This document shows, piece after piece, positions 38,021 through 49,400 of a DNA stretch of 64,000 bases. The notes under the pieces were generated by a model. It was not told where the DNA came from. It ran no database searches and saw only the letters and a list, made by a program, of their open reading frames with translations. The position numbers and the translations under genes were made by a program. The stretch's first letter is position 1. Each line of letters opens with the position of its first letter. The stretch is from Lama glama (Eukaryota), in assembly GCA_028534125.1 (NCBI GenBank), contig CM052816.1, positions 15,626,001 through 15,690,000 on the forward strand, in the 5' to 3' direction.

Positions 38021-38595
38021 GAGCAGCAGCAGCAGGAGCAGCAGCAGCAGCAACAGCAGCATCTCCCGTCCCGCTGCGCCCCCAGAGCCGCGGCGGCCGC
38101 AACAGCCGCAGCCCCGCAGCCCCGCAGCCCAGAGAGCCGCCGCCCGCTCGGGAGCCGCAGCCGCCGGCGGCATGAGGCGCGACCCGGCCCCCGGCTTCTC
38201 TATGCTGCTCTTCGGTGTGTCGCTCGCCTGCTACTCGCCTAGCCTCAAGTCGGTGCAGGACCAGGCGTACAAGGCACCGGTGGTGGTGGAGGGCAAGGTA
38301 CAGGGGCTAGCCCCGGCCAGCGGCTCCAGCTCCAACAGCACTCGCGAGCCGCCCGCCTCGGGTCGGGTGGCGCTGGTGAAGGTGTTGGACAAGTGGCCGC
38401 TCCGGAGCGGGGGACTGCAGCGCGAGCAGGTGATCAGCGTGGGCTCCTGTGCGCCGCTCGAAAGGAACCAGCGCTACATCTTTTTCCTGGAGCCCACGGA
38501 GCAGCCTTTAGTCTTTAAGACAGCCTTTGCCCCCCTCGACACCAACGGCAAAAACCTCAAGAAAGAGGTGGGCAAGATCCTGTGCACTGACTGCG
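37839..38595 (+). CDS. NRG2: Pro-neuregulin-2, first coding exon (252 codons + 1 nt, phase-1 intron follows)
   Basis: Translation MRQVCCSALPPPPLEKARCSSYSD-polySer-...GGMRRDPAPGFSMLLFGVSLACYSPSLKSVQDQAYKAPVVVEGKVQG...KKEVGKILCTDC matches the recalled NRG2 N-terminus. Similarity ends exactly at a consensus donor GCG|GTGAGT (38596). The next expected peptide (ATRPKLKKMK..., Ig domain) is not in the window. Confidence 0.97.
37911..38060 (+). repeat. Interrupted coding (AGC/CAG)n trinucleotide tract
   Basis: (AGC)7 GAGAGG (AGC)4 GAGAGG (AGC)21 GAG (AGC)4 AGG (AGC)5 AAC (AGC)2, counted directly; pure run at 37956-38018. Confidence 0.98.
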
Positions 38596-41500
38596 GTGAG
38601 TCGCCCCCTCCCTCTGCTGGAGAAGGGGGGAGGGGCGAGGTGGTGGAGACTGGGGGTGGGGCGGGAGGTGCTGCAGGTGCCCAGGCCTGGCAGCGCCCAG
38701 CCGCTGGGGGGTGGGGCCGCCCCTGGGCAGGGCGCTTGGCGCGGTGAGTGAGGGGGTTGGGGTTGGGGAGAAGCAGGATGGGGCTCAAAGTGTGCCAGGG
38801 GTGGGGGGCGGGGGGCGGACACGCTGGCCTGTGCCAGCAGGGATCTGCGGCTGATGTATGGCATGTGGCGCTGGAAAGCTGCCATCATAGCCCAGTAGCG
38901 GCAGGAAAAACGGAGAGGTCCGAGCGGTGTTGGCCCGAGGCTCAGTGAGTCAGGAGTGACCCTCGGAGGCCTTGCCCGCTCTGCTCCCACGGGCCTGCCT
39001 TGCCTAGGCTGGCAGGGTCTGCAGGAGCAGCTGGGCAGACTCCCAGGCTGTGAAGGCCTCCGCTTACAAGTTCTCCTAGGGAATGATGGCCCCCGCCCCC
39101 TCCTTCCTCTCCTGGGCTCCAGGCACAGCTCATCCACACCGCTGGCGCAGGCAGAGTTGGACTTTTTCTGCTACTGTTTTCTGTCCTCCATGTGGCTCGG
39201 ATTTTTTTTTTTTTTCTTCAGCGTGAATGCCTGTTTTTGCTAAGCTGGTAGCACAGCCCTCTCTTAACCTCCGGGACTAGTGAGCAGCCACCTCTTTTGA
39301 CTGTTTCTGGGACATCTTCCTAGGTCTGTTGATGGCGATGACGATGAAATAGAGTAACTTACTTCTGCTGAATGCTGTAAGTTCAGCTCTGACATCTTAC
39401 TGGCAGAATGTGTTGACTGCATCTCTCATCTTCATGGTGTTGGGTGCTGCACAGGAATGCAGGTGATTAGAAACAAAACACTGTAAGATCTGTGCAGCTG
39501 GGAATGGAGATTTCCCATGTCAAAAGTCAAAGAAATATTGGTTTAAGATCTTTTTCTTCTTGTCCATGAATCCAGCACTTACTTCTCAGTAAGATATTTC
39601 AAACCAAATTGTCCCCTTACTGGAGTGTTTGGTGCTGGCTTGTCTTGTGCTTATTCATATGAGGTTTCATTTTGTCCCACCTAAGGTTGAATTTGGTGCT
39701 TGCAGTGTGACTCTGAGCTGTGTAATCACTGAATTGTGATAGATGCCTTGGTCTGTCGTAGTAGTTGATGTGTTCACCAGTTTACCAACTGAATCTGGGT
39801 AGCATAAACAGGCACTGAGTAGCAAAGGATGTGTAACAGCTTGTCGGAAGTTTTGCTGCCCTCATCCTTTCTAGATCAATGCCTTTGACTTTTGGAAGCT
39901 TCCCTTCTGCTGCACATCCCCCGCTCCCTCCCCGCCCCTGTCCTTCAAGAGACAAATTTTAGTTTAGTAGTGGGAGTATATCTAGGTATTATGTTAAACT
40001 GTGATCATTTTAATCAGAAGAATCTTGCAGTGTCTTAATGAGGAGGAAAGAAACTTTGTGATAACAGCAGTTTCTCTCTCTGCCATTGTTCTGAGGAATA
40101 TTGTTGGCTGCTCTTTAATGTTGGTTTTATGCTCTGAAATGTTTTATGACAAGTTGAAACCAGTTAAGAATTTCTAATTTTTTATTCTGTAAACTGTTTT
40201 AATCTGAGATCCCTTAGGGAGCTGTGGAGCTGTATTGTGTAGTGGAAATAGATAGTAAAAACATTTACTGAACCCTGTCCAAGGACAGCTTCTGTTTTGG
40301 TTTTCGGTGAGTGGCTCCTGAGTGTGCACAGCGCACATCGCCACGTAATCCCTAGTCTGGTCCACTGAGCCCTGATGTCCCCTGTCCTCCTCTTTTTTCC
40401 CTTCCCCCATCAATTATATCTTGCTTGTTTTAGTGAGCGTTTAACAGCTTAATAGTTGAATATGGAGATCATGAAAGATTTGGGGGTCAGAAATATAGTC
40501 TGCTTTTAGGTTATAGTCATCTCATATTATTAAAGTAGCATGTGTAGTACAGTTTTCAAGAAGATAAATTTAGGACTGCAGTCACTGCTAAAGAGAAGAC
40601 CCTCACACATCACAAACTATCAGGAGGCCGGAACGTGTATGGGAGTAAACATTTTAGATTGCAAAAATTTTTCTTTGAATTGATGGTATGTAGATACAGG
40701 TCAGTTCAGGGAGGTGCTTTACATAAGAGGATTAGAAATTAAAGGACATATTTATGAGAGGAAACTTGGGGAACTGATAAGACAGAAGAACATAAACTAC
40801 ATTTTCTTACTTTCTACAATGTGGTTAAAGAAAACATGTGCTGGTAATGGTATATTAAATAAGGAAACAAATCTTCCAAACTAACCACAACACCTTCCTT
40901 GTGCTCAGCAGGAAATAACTAACAAGTTCATTTTCTGTTTTCTATCTCTAAAGAAAGCCCTCTGGGCCACAGGGTCATCGGGAACATTTTCTCCTTGGAG
41001 CAGATTTGCCCGTTGCAAAATAGGGAAACTGGCACTTGGAAACTGTCATCATGGCTGTTATATTGAGCAACTGTGTTTGAATTGTTACTTTGTTTAGGCA
41101 GTTTCAGCTTTGAGTGTGTCTAGGTTCTGAGAGGCCTGGTGCCTAGGGAGATCATCCAGGAAGCTGTGTTTTGGTGGGCCAGGTCTTTGGGGTAAATGTA
41201 CCATACAGGGGGATTTACTGTGCTTAAACACTGGCACTTGCCTTAGTAGCATCAATGCAAAGGTCATACCTGGACCCCTTCTAAAGGTCTTCATAAATGG
41301 CTGATTTTACCACAATTATGAAATGGTGACTTGAAGCCCGTGAAGTCCTCCTGGGACAGCAGTCTCTGCCAGAAGGGCATTTTATAGATCTAATGGGTAT
41401 CATTCATCCAGAATTACTATCTCTGGCGGTAAAGTGTGGAGTAAAATCTTTGCATTTCTCAGAAGATTAGGTACATGGAGGTGTTTTCTGTGCGTTCTGT

Positions 41501-44026
41501 GGAAAAGAGAGGAGAAAGAGTCGGAAAGGACTCTCAGGGACTAGCAACTGTACAGTGCTAGAAAAGCATCCTGTTCTGCAAATAGTCCTGCATTTTTAAT
41601 GATGGTTCCATATATTTTGGTTTAATCACATGCTATCTTGTTGCTTTCCTCTACATATATGTTACTAAGCTATATCCTTACTGAATAAAAACAGTAGATA
41701 TCACTTTTTTAAAAAAGAAAGATCATTCTTCTTGGGGACTTAGTAATTTTCTTCCAATGTATAGTGTACTTTGTTGTTGAAGATGAAAAAGATGTATTCC
41801 TGGGGGACATTACCTTCTTTAGAATAGTTTTTAATTAATGTGGCACCCAGATTCACATATTAGAGGAAGGTGGTTCGCAAAATTCAGTATCGCAAAAGCG
41901 ACTGCATATTTTTAAAATGCTGTTTATTTAAAGAATCTTTTCTTCCCCAGCCAGCTGGAAACCCAGCTGTGCTGCAGCTTCAAGATGGGAAAGTGAAACT
42001 GGATTAGAAACTGACCAGTCCTAGTAGTGAGGTTAGAGATTTTGGGGTAGAATTGCCTTTGTAATGTCATTATTTCTTTCAGTGGCTGCTTTCCTCAGCA
42101 GACTGGGATTCTTGGGGGCAGGAACCACATCTTATCTTTCAGGTCTTCCTCCTAGCTCTCCTGCCCTTCCGTGTTTGGTACTGCCCCTGTCTTACAGAGG
42201 GATTCTAATAATTTTGAATGGATGAAGTCAAGTGAAGTTCAAAAAGCAAGCCTCCAGATTAATACTAAAACAATCTTAACTCTCCCATCTGTGACATCAA
42301 GTCCTGTGCCGAAAAGCTGAGTTCCGATGATAGCCCTTACCTGTCGCTATGGGAACCTTTTTTCCCCCCGAAGGAGGAGTCATTATCAACTAGAGTACTT
42401 AACCACAATGTGCTTAATCATTGCACTGATTAGTGTTAATGGGATTTAAGTAGTGGAGAATCAAGATCTTGCTGGAGAGAACACCCTCTTTTTTGCGGGG
42501 GAGGGCAGATTCTTACCCCCCATTTCCATGTTTAACAAAAGTAAGATAACTACCAACTTGAATTAACAAATGGCTTAGGAGCTAGAGAGGGGATGGTATA
42601 TTAACTAATTTGGTGACTAACTTCTTGGTCCCAATGCTCTTTGCCATCTTTTACTATCTAGGACATTTTCATTTCGTTTCCTGACAGTTTTTTCTTTATA
42701 AAGTTGTGTTTATATTTTTGAATATGTAACACCTTCATGTGGCTCAAAACTTAGAAAGTACATAAGAAATAATGTGGTGAAAAGTCGCCTTCTCACCCCT
42801 GTCCTTAGCTACCCAGCTCTTAGGCAATTGTAAAATAACATATTCTTGAAATGTGTGTTTCTCTAAAAGCAAAATGTTTTTTTTCAAAGTAGTCATAGTT
42901 TTCTCTTAACAGATGGAGAATGTTAATTTTGCCATTAAGCCAATATTGTGGTAAATTCTTCCCAAGTAGTACATTTTTTTTAAAACCTAATCCAAGATCT
43001 TAACCAGTACCCTGCCTTATAAATATAACCCTAGAGTTAGGAATAAAAATACCCACTGATTTTTCAGATACTTTGCCTTTAAGAAGTTTCCTATGACGGT
43101 GAATTTTGTGAGTGAGTCTTAATTGGGATGCTCAAAGGAGAGACCCAAATGTTTGTCACTGAGCTTTAGGGCTGCAGCTCTGCCCAGACAGCAGTTCCTA
43201 CTGTTTCACACTCTTGGTAGGTAATCTTACAATAGCATCCATGTGGGAAATCACATGATCCGATGTAAGGAAAGAGAAAACTCCACAGTGCATAATTGCT
43301 CTCATTTTCATTTAGAAGCCAAAGACCCCAGTTGCTGATGAAGAATTTGATTTTGACCATATTCATGTACAGTTGATATGACTCCAGGGGGAATTAGCCA
43401 CTCCAATACTATTTTGACATACGTTTTATGTAACTGATTTGAACACAGTGTTACAATTTCAGAGGCTAAGTAGGGAAAAGGCAAACATGCACATCTAAAT
43501 CGTGTTGGCTTAGTGGCATTTGGCAACTTTGAATGTTGACTTGGAGAAGGAATGATGATCTCACTATGAGTGGAGTTCCCCCTATGCAGTCTTTGACACT
43601 TGTTCTTGGGTCTTTCTTTTCAAGGTCTGAAGTGTCATTAGTATAATTTACACCACAGGTAAAAGAAATGTCCCCCCAGATTTTGAGTTTGGATGCATGT
43701 ATGTGAAATGGGGATTTTTGTCTTACTTGTCTGCAGTGAATTAACCCTCCCCACTTAATTTAGTGGATTTTGTACATAGAAATAAATCCAGCCTGTGAAT
43801 TTCAAGAGATGATATAGGGAACTCTTTAGAAAACTGGGGAAAGTAGATGAATTGATCAGGGCATGTTGATAAATTACGACAAGTATGAAACAGTGACTGT
43901 CATATATGAAGTTTGAGTAGGCTTCTTTAAAAATAACAGTACACACAGATGAATCTTGATGAGTAGTGCTTCATGCAAGCCTGTAGGAATGGAAACAAAT
44001 CTGCAGGATGCTTAAGAAGCTTTGTA

Positions 44027-44176
44027 GGGCAGGGAGCAGGGAAAGTATGGCTCAGTGAGAGAGTACATGCTTGGCATGCACAGGGTCCCAGGTTCAATCC
44101 CCAGTGCCTCCATAAATAAATAAAGAAAAATAAATAAACCTAATCACTCCCCCCCAAAAAAACTTAAAAAAAAAAA
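44027..44176 (+). mobile_element. tRNA-derived SINE (vic-1-like), copy 4
   Basis: TATGGCTCAGTGAGAGAG, GGTTCAATCCCCAG, (AAAT)n, CCTAATCACTCCCCCCC, poly(A); AAGCTTT on both flanks. Confidence 0.88.
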
Positions 44177-45589
44177 GCTTTAGGATTACATGAAAGAGAT
44201 CATGCCGTACCCCGGCAAAGAGCTGGGAAACTTTTGCCAATCTGCGGTCAAAAGACAGAGATTTGCACTGACTGGGATCATTTGCTGCTAATCATTATGA
44301 TGTTTTTGATAATTATGAAATGAGGTTAAGTTAAGGAGACTTATTTGCTCAGGCTAGTTGCTGCTGGCAGAGTGTGGCATGCAAGCTGGATTCTACCGTA
44401 ACATTCCCCTTCCAGCTTTGTACATACAATGAGATCCAAATAGCCTCCCCAGGGACCTTTTCTGGGACAGAGCCTGTTAGCCCTTCTCTGCGTCTCTGCT
44501 TTGAACCTGACTGCACTGCTTGCCTCCTAGGGTGGGGCTGGAGGTAGTTAACATTCCACTTAGCCTTGCAGATGTTTCCAGAGTAGCAGAGGCACTGGTA
44601 CCCTAGAGAGTTTCCTTATCTACCAGCAACACAGACCCCCAAGATGTGATGTTCAGGTTACTTTTCATTCTCTCTTCAGAAACAGAATCCCTAATGGTTC
44701 TCTTTTGCTTTCACAGATGTCCTGCCCTGTGCTTGAGGACATTGGTTTCCCCTCCTCTTTCCCTCCCTCATCTGTTTTTGCAGACTAAGGCTCTGTCTTT
44801 GTCCTTTAGGCTGGGATGTTTTACTTGGTCTTGATCTTGACGTTGGTCCAACTAACAGAAGCCAAGCTGTACTAACATTCCTCAGAAGTGAATGGGAGGA
44901 AGGTTACCACAAGGCTAAATACCCCGTCCAGCCCATGGGAAAGTCAGGACATCATTCATTCGACTGTGACAGTGATGCAATTTGGTATTGGTTGTATTAC
45001 TAAAAGAGCTTTCTTTCAATTCTGTCTTTCAAATGTTTGCTTCAACAAATACCTGAATGTGTGCTCTGTGTAAAGAACTAGGTACTTTAGGGGAATTGCA
45101 TCAGACACAGTCCCTGTCATCAAGGAGATGACAATCTAGAAGTACAGATGTAACAGTAATTCAATCTAGAGTATGATAAATGCTGTAAGATATACCAACA
45201 TAGTGCTTTGAGGAAGAGGGGAAGAGTCATAAAGGGAAGAAAGATCAGCCTGGTTAGAGGAGTAAAGAAAGTTCCTTGGAGAAGAATTGACATGGGATTT
45301 TAATAGTCAAGAGATCGAAGAGGTGGACGTGGTTTAGGGATAGAGGTGAACTGGTTGATTAAATCAATTCCATGCAGACAGAGCAGCCTTCTCAGTAGCA
45401 GAGGGGCATGTCTGTAGTTACAAAATAACCAGGAAGAAAGGGAGAAGTGGGCAAAGAGTCTGGAGAGGTAGATTAGGAAGATATTTTTCACTGGTCTTGA
45501 CTGCGAGTCTGATGAGTTTATTCATAATTATGTAAGTAGTATTTGAAGACTTGGGTTAAAAGCAACTCAGTAAATGTTTTGCAGTTATC

Positions 45590-46058
45590 AGTGAATAGGT
45601 CTTCCACATATTTTGTTAAATTCATCCCTCAGTATAACTATTCCTTTCATGTTTTCCAGATGCTTTTGTGAATGGTATTTTTGTTTAACTTTGTTTTCCA
45701 GTTATTCATTGCTAGTATATAGAAAGATAATTTTTAAAATGTTGGCTTTGTAACCTGTGACCTTAATAAATTCACTTAATAGTTTTAGTAACTTTTGGGG
45801 GGAGTAGATTTCTTAAGGATTTTTTTCTATGTACATAACTCTATTGTCAGTGAAAAAAGGCAGCTGTACTTTTTCCTTTCTATTCTGTTTGCCTTTATGT
45901 CTTTTTCTTACCTTATTCCACTAGCTGCAACTGCCAAGTACAATGTTGAGTAAGAGTAGTGAGAATGGACATTCTTGTTCTATTCATGGGGGAAAGCATT
46001 CAGACTTGCACCGTTAAGTATGATGTTAGCTGAAGGTTTTCAACAAATGGCCTTCTTA
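45590..46058 (-). mobile_element. L1 ORF2 (RT region) remnant
   Basis: GTACAATGTTGAGTAAGAGTAGTGAGAATGGACATTCTTGT...GGGGAAAGCATTCAG...TTAAGTATGATGTTAGCTG. Confidence 0.8.
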
Positions 46059-46203
46059 AAACAACAACAACAACAAAAGTCTGCTAAGTATAGTGTAATA
46101 ACAGAGTCTGGGCTCTACAGACAGATGAACCTGAATTTGGAAACCATCTTCTGTAAAACCATCTTCTGCATTTTCCAACTGAGTAATGTTGGGCAAGTTA
46201 CTT

Positions 46204-46312
46204 TTTTTTTTTTTCCTTTTTATTACTTTTATTTTTTCTAACTGAAGTATAGTCAGTTTACGATGTGTTAATTTCTGGTGTACAGCACAGTGCTTCAGTT
46301 ATACATATATAC

Positions 46313-46357
<45 letters not shown>

Positions 46358-46437
46358 CCTTTTCATATTCTTTTTCATTATAGGCTATTACAAGGTATTG
46401 AATATAGTTCCCTGTGCTATACGGTAGGACCTTGCTG
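46204..46437 (-). mobile_element. Younger artiodactyl-type L1 3' end with internal (TA)n microsatellite (46301-46356), inserted in a MIR
   Basis: Poly(T), TGAAGTATAGTCAGTTTAC, TTGAATATAGTTCCCTGTGCTATAC; MIR core GGCAAGTTACTT / GGCAAATAACTT duplicated on the flanks. Confidence 0.85.
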
Positions 46438-49400
46438 TGGCAAATAACTTTCTACGTTTTAGTTTCCTATAAATGAGGATAGTGATAGCACTTAATAGGA
46501 TTGCTTTGAGTATTAAATGAGATAATTTAATGCATGTAAAATATTAACATAGCACCTGCTTGATAAATGTTAATTATAAACAAAATCTCATTAACTTAGA
46601 CCAATGTGAGCAGGAAAATTAAGTGAAAATTTTAAGTTCTGAAAGCAGACAGTAGCAGACAAGGGGAGAAATTTTCACCAAAAATGATATTTTTCACCCA
46701 GATGTTCCTATTTATCTCATCTTTAGAGTCACTGGGCTGGGCTGGGCTGGTGCAGGTGGTGAGGAGCAGAGAATGGGTTATGTATGTGGTCCCACTGGAG
46801 GGTATGAATGAGTCCAGGGAATGAATGCTGGCCCCATGGACGTCCCAAATAGGCTACAAATCTTGGTGTGTCTATGGGTCTGTGGTAGCCAACTTTTTGA
46901 GAAGTCCGCAGATAGAAACTGCTTTTCTCTGTTTCACAAATGGTAGGACTAAGACTCAAACTCCAAAGTGTCCCTTTAAAAATGTCATCATGCTTAGTGG
47001 GGTCAACCAAGGGCCCGCATGTTCTGGAGTCCCGCCAGGCCTGCTGTTTAACTTCGGCAGGTCTTATCTCACACTGTATCGTTATTAGGAGGAGTTGCTG
47101 AAAGTCCCTGGAAAATCGCTGAATGCGTCCTTTTTTCCCAAAGAAAGCAGGTCCTTGACTCATCTTGCTTTGTTTTGGGGGTTTCCAGAGTTGGGGATGA
47201 GTTCACACTTAATCATTCATGTTCTCACTGTCCTTGTTTCTGTACTGGGTTGGGATGGACCTGCTGGCTTCCCAGGAGCAGAGCGGTACAGGCGTTGGCA
47301 TGTAACAGGTGGCATTTTGGGAGTTTGTGGGAGTTAATTGGTGTGTGGTACCTGTTGGAAGTATGAAGCTTTGCTCCTTAGAAGTTTCTAGGACAAACAC
47401 TCTTTGCTTTGGGTTCTTTCTCTAAATATTTGTTGGGTATTAGGACCCCTCAGATCCTGGACTGGCCCCACATCCTTGACCTCAAGAAGTACTCTTAATT
47501 TTTTTTTATTCTTGGACTTGTAATATTTATGGACTGTATCACTTACAGGACACATCATTTAAAGCCATGCACTGTTAATTATCCTTTGATGGGTCAACAT
47601 TTTAGATCCTTCACCTGATTGTAAGATCTTTGGGGCCTGAAACTTAAAATATCTGATTACTGGCTAGAGCCAAGTAAGGGAGCAGTGAGACCTTCGCGTT
47701 CTTGAAAGATCACTTTGTCCTAGACACATTTCAAGCTTCTTCAAATGACAGCCCAGGCAAAGGGACTAGACCAACCATGGAAAATGTCTTTAGATATTTT
47801 GATAAATGGCAGAATTTTGCTTTTCAGTTATGTTTTACTTTCTTTTTTTTTTTCTTGATAGTCCATTGTTTCTTCATTTCCTTGCAAGCAATTCTCCTCT
47901 TCTCTCAAGTTTTTGAATTATCTCTAGGCAGTTTTCCTCACACATGCCAGTATTTTGGCTTGTGTTTCACTTCTGTCTTTTAGCTGGTTGGCATTCTGCA
48001 AAACTCTCCAGTTTCACTTGCCATGTAAGCTTTTTGGCTATTCCCCATTCTGGCCTCTCACTGGAATGTCTCACTGGACTCTGTGACTCTGGCCTGTTCA
48101 TGCTTCAGGCTGAATATCTTAAAGAGGTAAGAGCTATGGCGAGGCGTCTCCTGTAGTAAGCTCAGATCACAAATTAGGAGTGGTTGTACCTTTTTGCCTA
48201 CTGGGCAGCTTGGGGGCTTCCAGAGGCCAGCACTGGTTCTTAGATCTTTCTGTTTTTCTAAAAGGGTAGGGAACAGGAAACCAGTGTTTCTTCACGTCTC
48301 TCTTTTGGCATGTTCATTCTGTGACCATTTCCTTGAAATGAGGCATTCTTTGCCATGTCTGCTTGGCTAAATTATTGGGTGGGGATAGGAGGGCCTCTCC
48401 AGAGGGAGTTCTCTTCTAGCTCAGGGCTCCTAAGACGTCACCTTGCAGAAGGCTATGCCACTCAGCTTCCTCAAGTCCCTTTCACTGGTGCCTGTGGCCA
48501 TAAGTATAATCTCCGTACAGCAGCTCAGCATGTTGCTTAGGCCAGTAATGAATCTCACAAATGCTGCCCAACTGATGACTCTTTTCTGGAGTAACTTTAC
48601 ATGGCTTTAGAGAGGAGAGTTTACATACCAGTCAGGATGGAACAGGTAGATTAAGGAGATGATCTGTTGTGTCTGAACTCCTATCTCTGAGTGAGAAATA
48701 ACAGCAGGGCTGCCTTTAGTGCAATGTTCCCAGCACGGTCGTTTGTTGATTGGATTTCAGAGAAAAAAGTAATGAAAAGAAGAATTTTTTTTTAATTAAG
48801 AAAGGAGTCTCAGACCATATGGTCCATTTGTCATATAGTAAAACCAAGGCCCACAGGTGCAGAGTTTCTTTCAAAGGACACTGGTGCTTCCAAAGGCAGC
48901 CGGCCTGACTGCTTACTCTTAGATGGTGTCCTTTTCACAGTCTGTTCATATGGGTTTACCTCTGAGACCTTCTTACTTGGGGCTCCACCCCCCCACGTCA
49001 TCCCATCTTACTGCTACCTTTCGACTTAGGCCTCCTGTCATACCTGCTTCTATCATAAATGTAACAGCCATTCCTCAGCCCCTGTACCCAAGAACCAGAG
49101 TTGTTTCCAGAGATTTCTAGCACAAAGTTCCCAATCCTCCCTTGGACTTTAGGTGTGATAGGCCTAATGGGAAGACAGGAACGAAACAAGAAATAGATAC
49201 CTAAATGGGTGGAACCATATCCAACAAGTCGGGCTAAGCCTCTCTCATGTTTGGTTCTTTTGGACAAAATAGGGGGTTTTTCCAAGAAAGCTTCTCCCAT
49301 ATTTCTAGGTCTCATTTTCAAAAGGACATGCTTTCTCCAAAAAGGCTAGTAACATCCACTGGCCTCTTAGTAACATGTACAGTAAATTGTCTTGGCGAAG

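Larger units (their letters stand above)
36980..39150. promoter_or_regulatory. CpG island / TATA-less promoter and 5' UTR of NRG2
   Basis: Sharp rise in GC and CpG density, densest at about 37450-38830. GC box GGGCGG near 37571, GCGC-rich tracts 37609-37655, ETS-like TTTCCGGT near 37748. The TSS cannot be placed from sequence alone. Confidence 0.85.

Noticed and set aside
37716..38747. 343-aa ORF as a complete single-exon protein
   Set aside because: It starts at GTG and runs past the splice donor at 38596; only 37839-38595 matches NRG2, and the remainder is intron read-through.
38508..39137. 209-aa minus-strand ORF
   Set aside because: Expected stop-codon scarcity in a GC-rich CpG island; no family resemblance.
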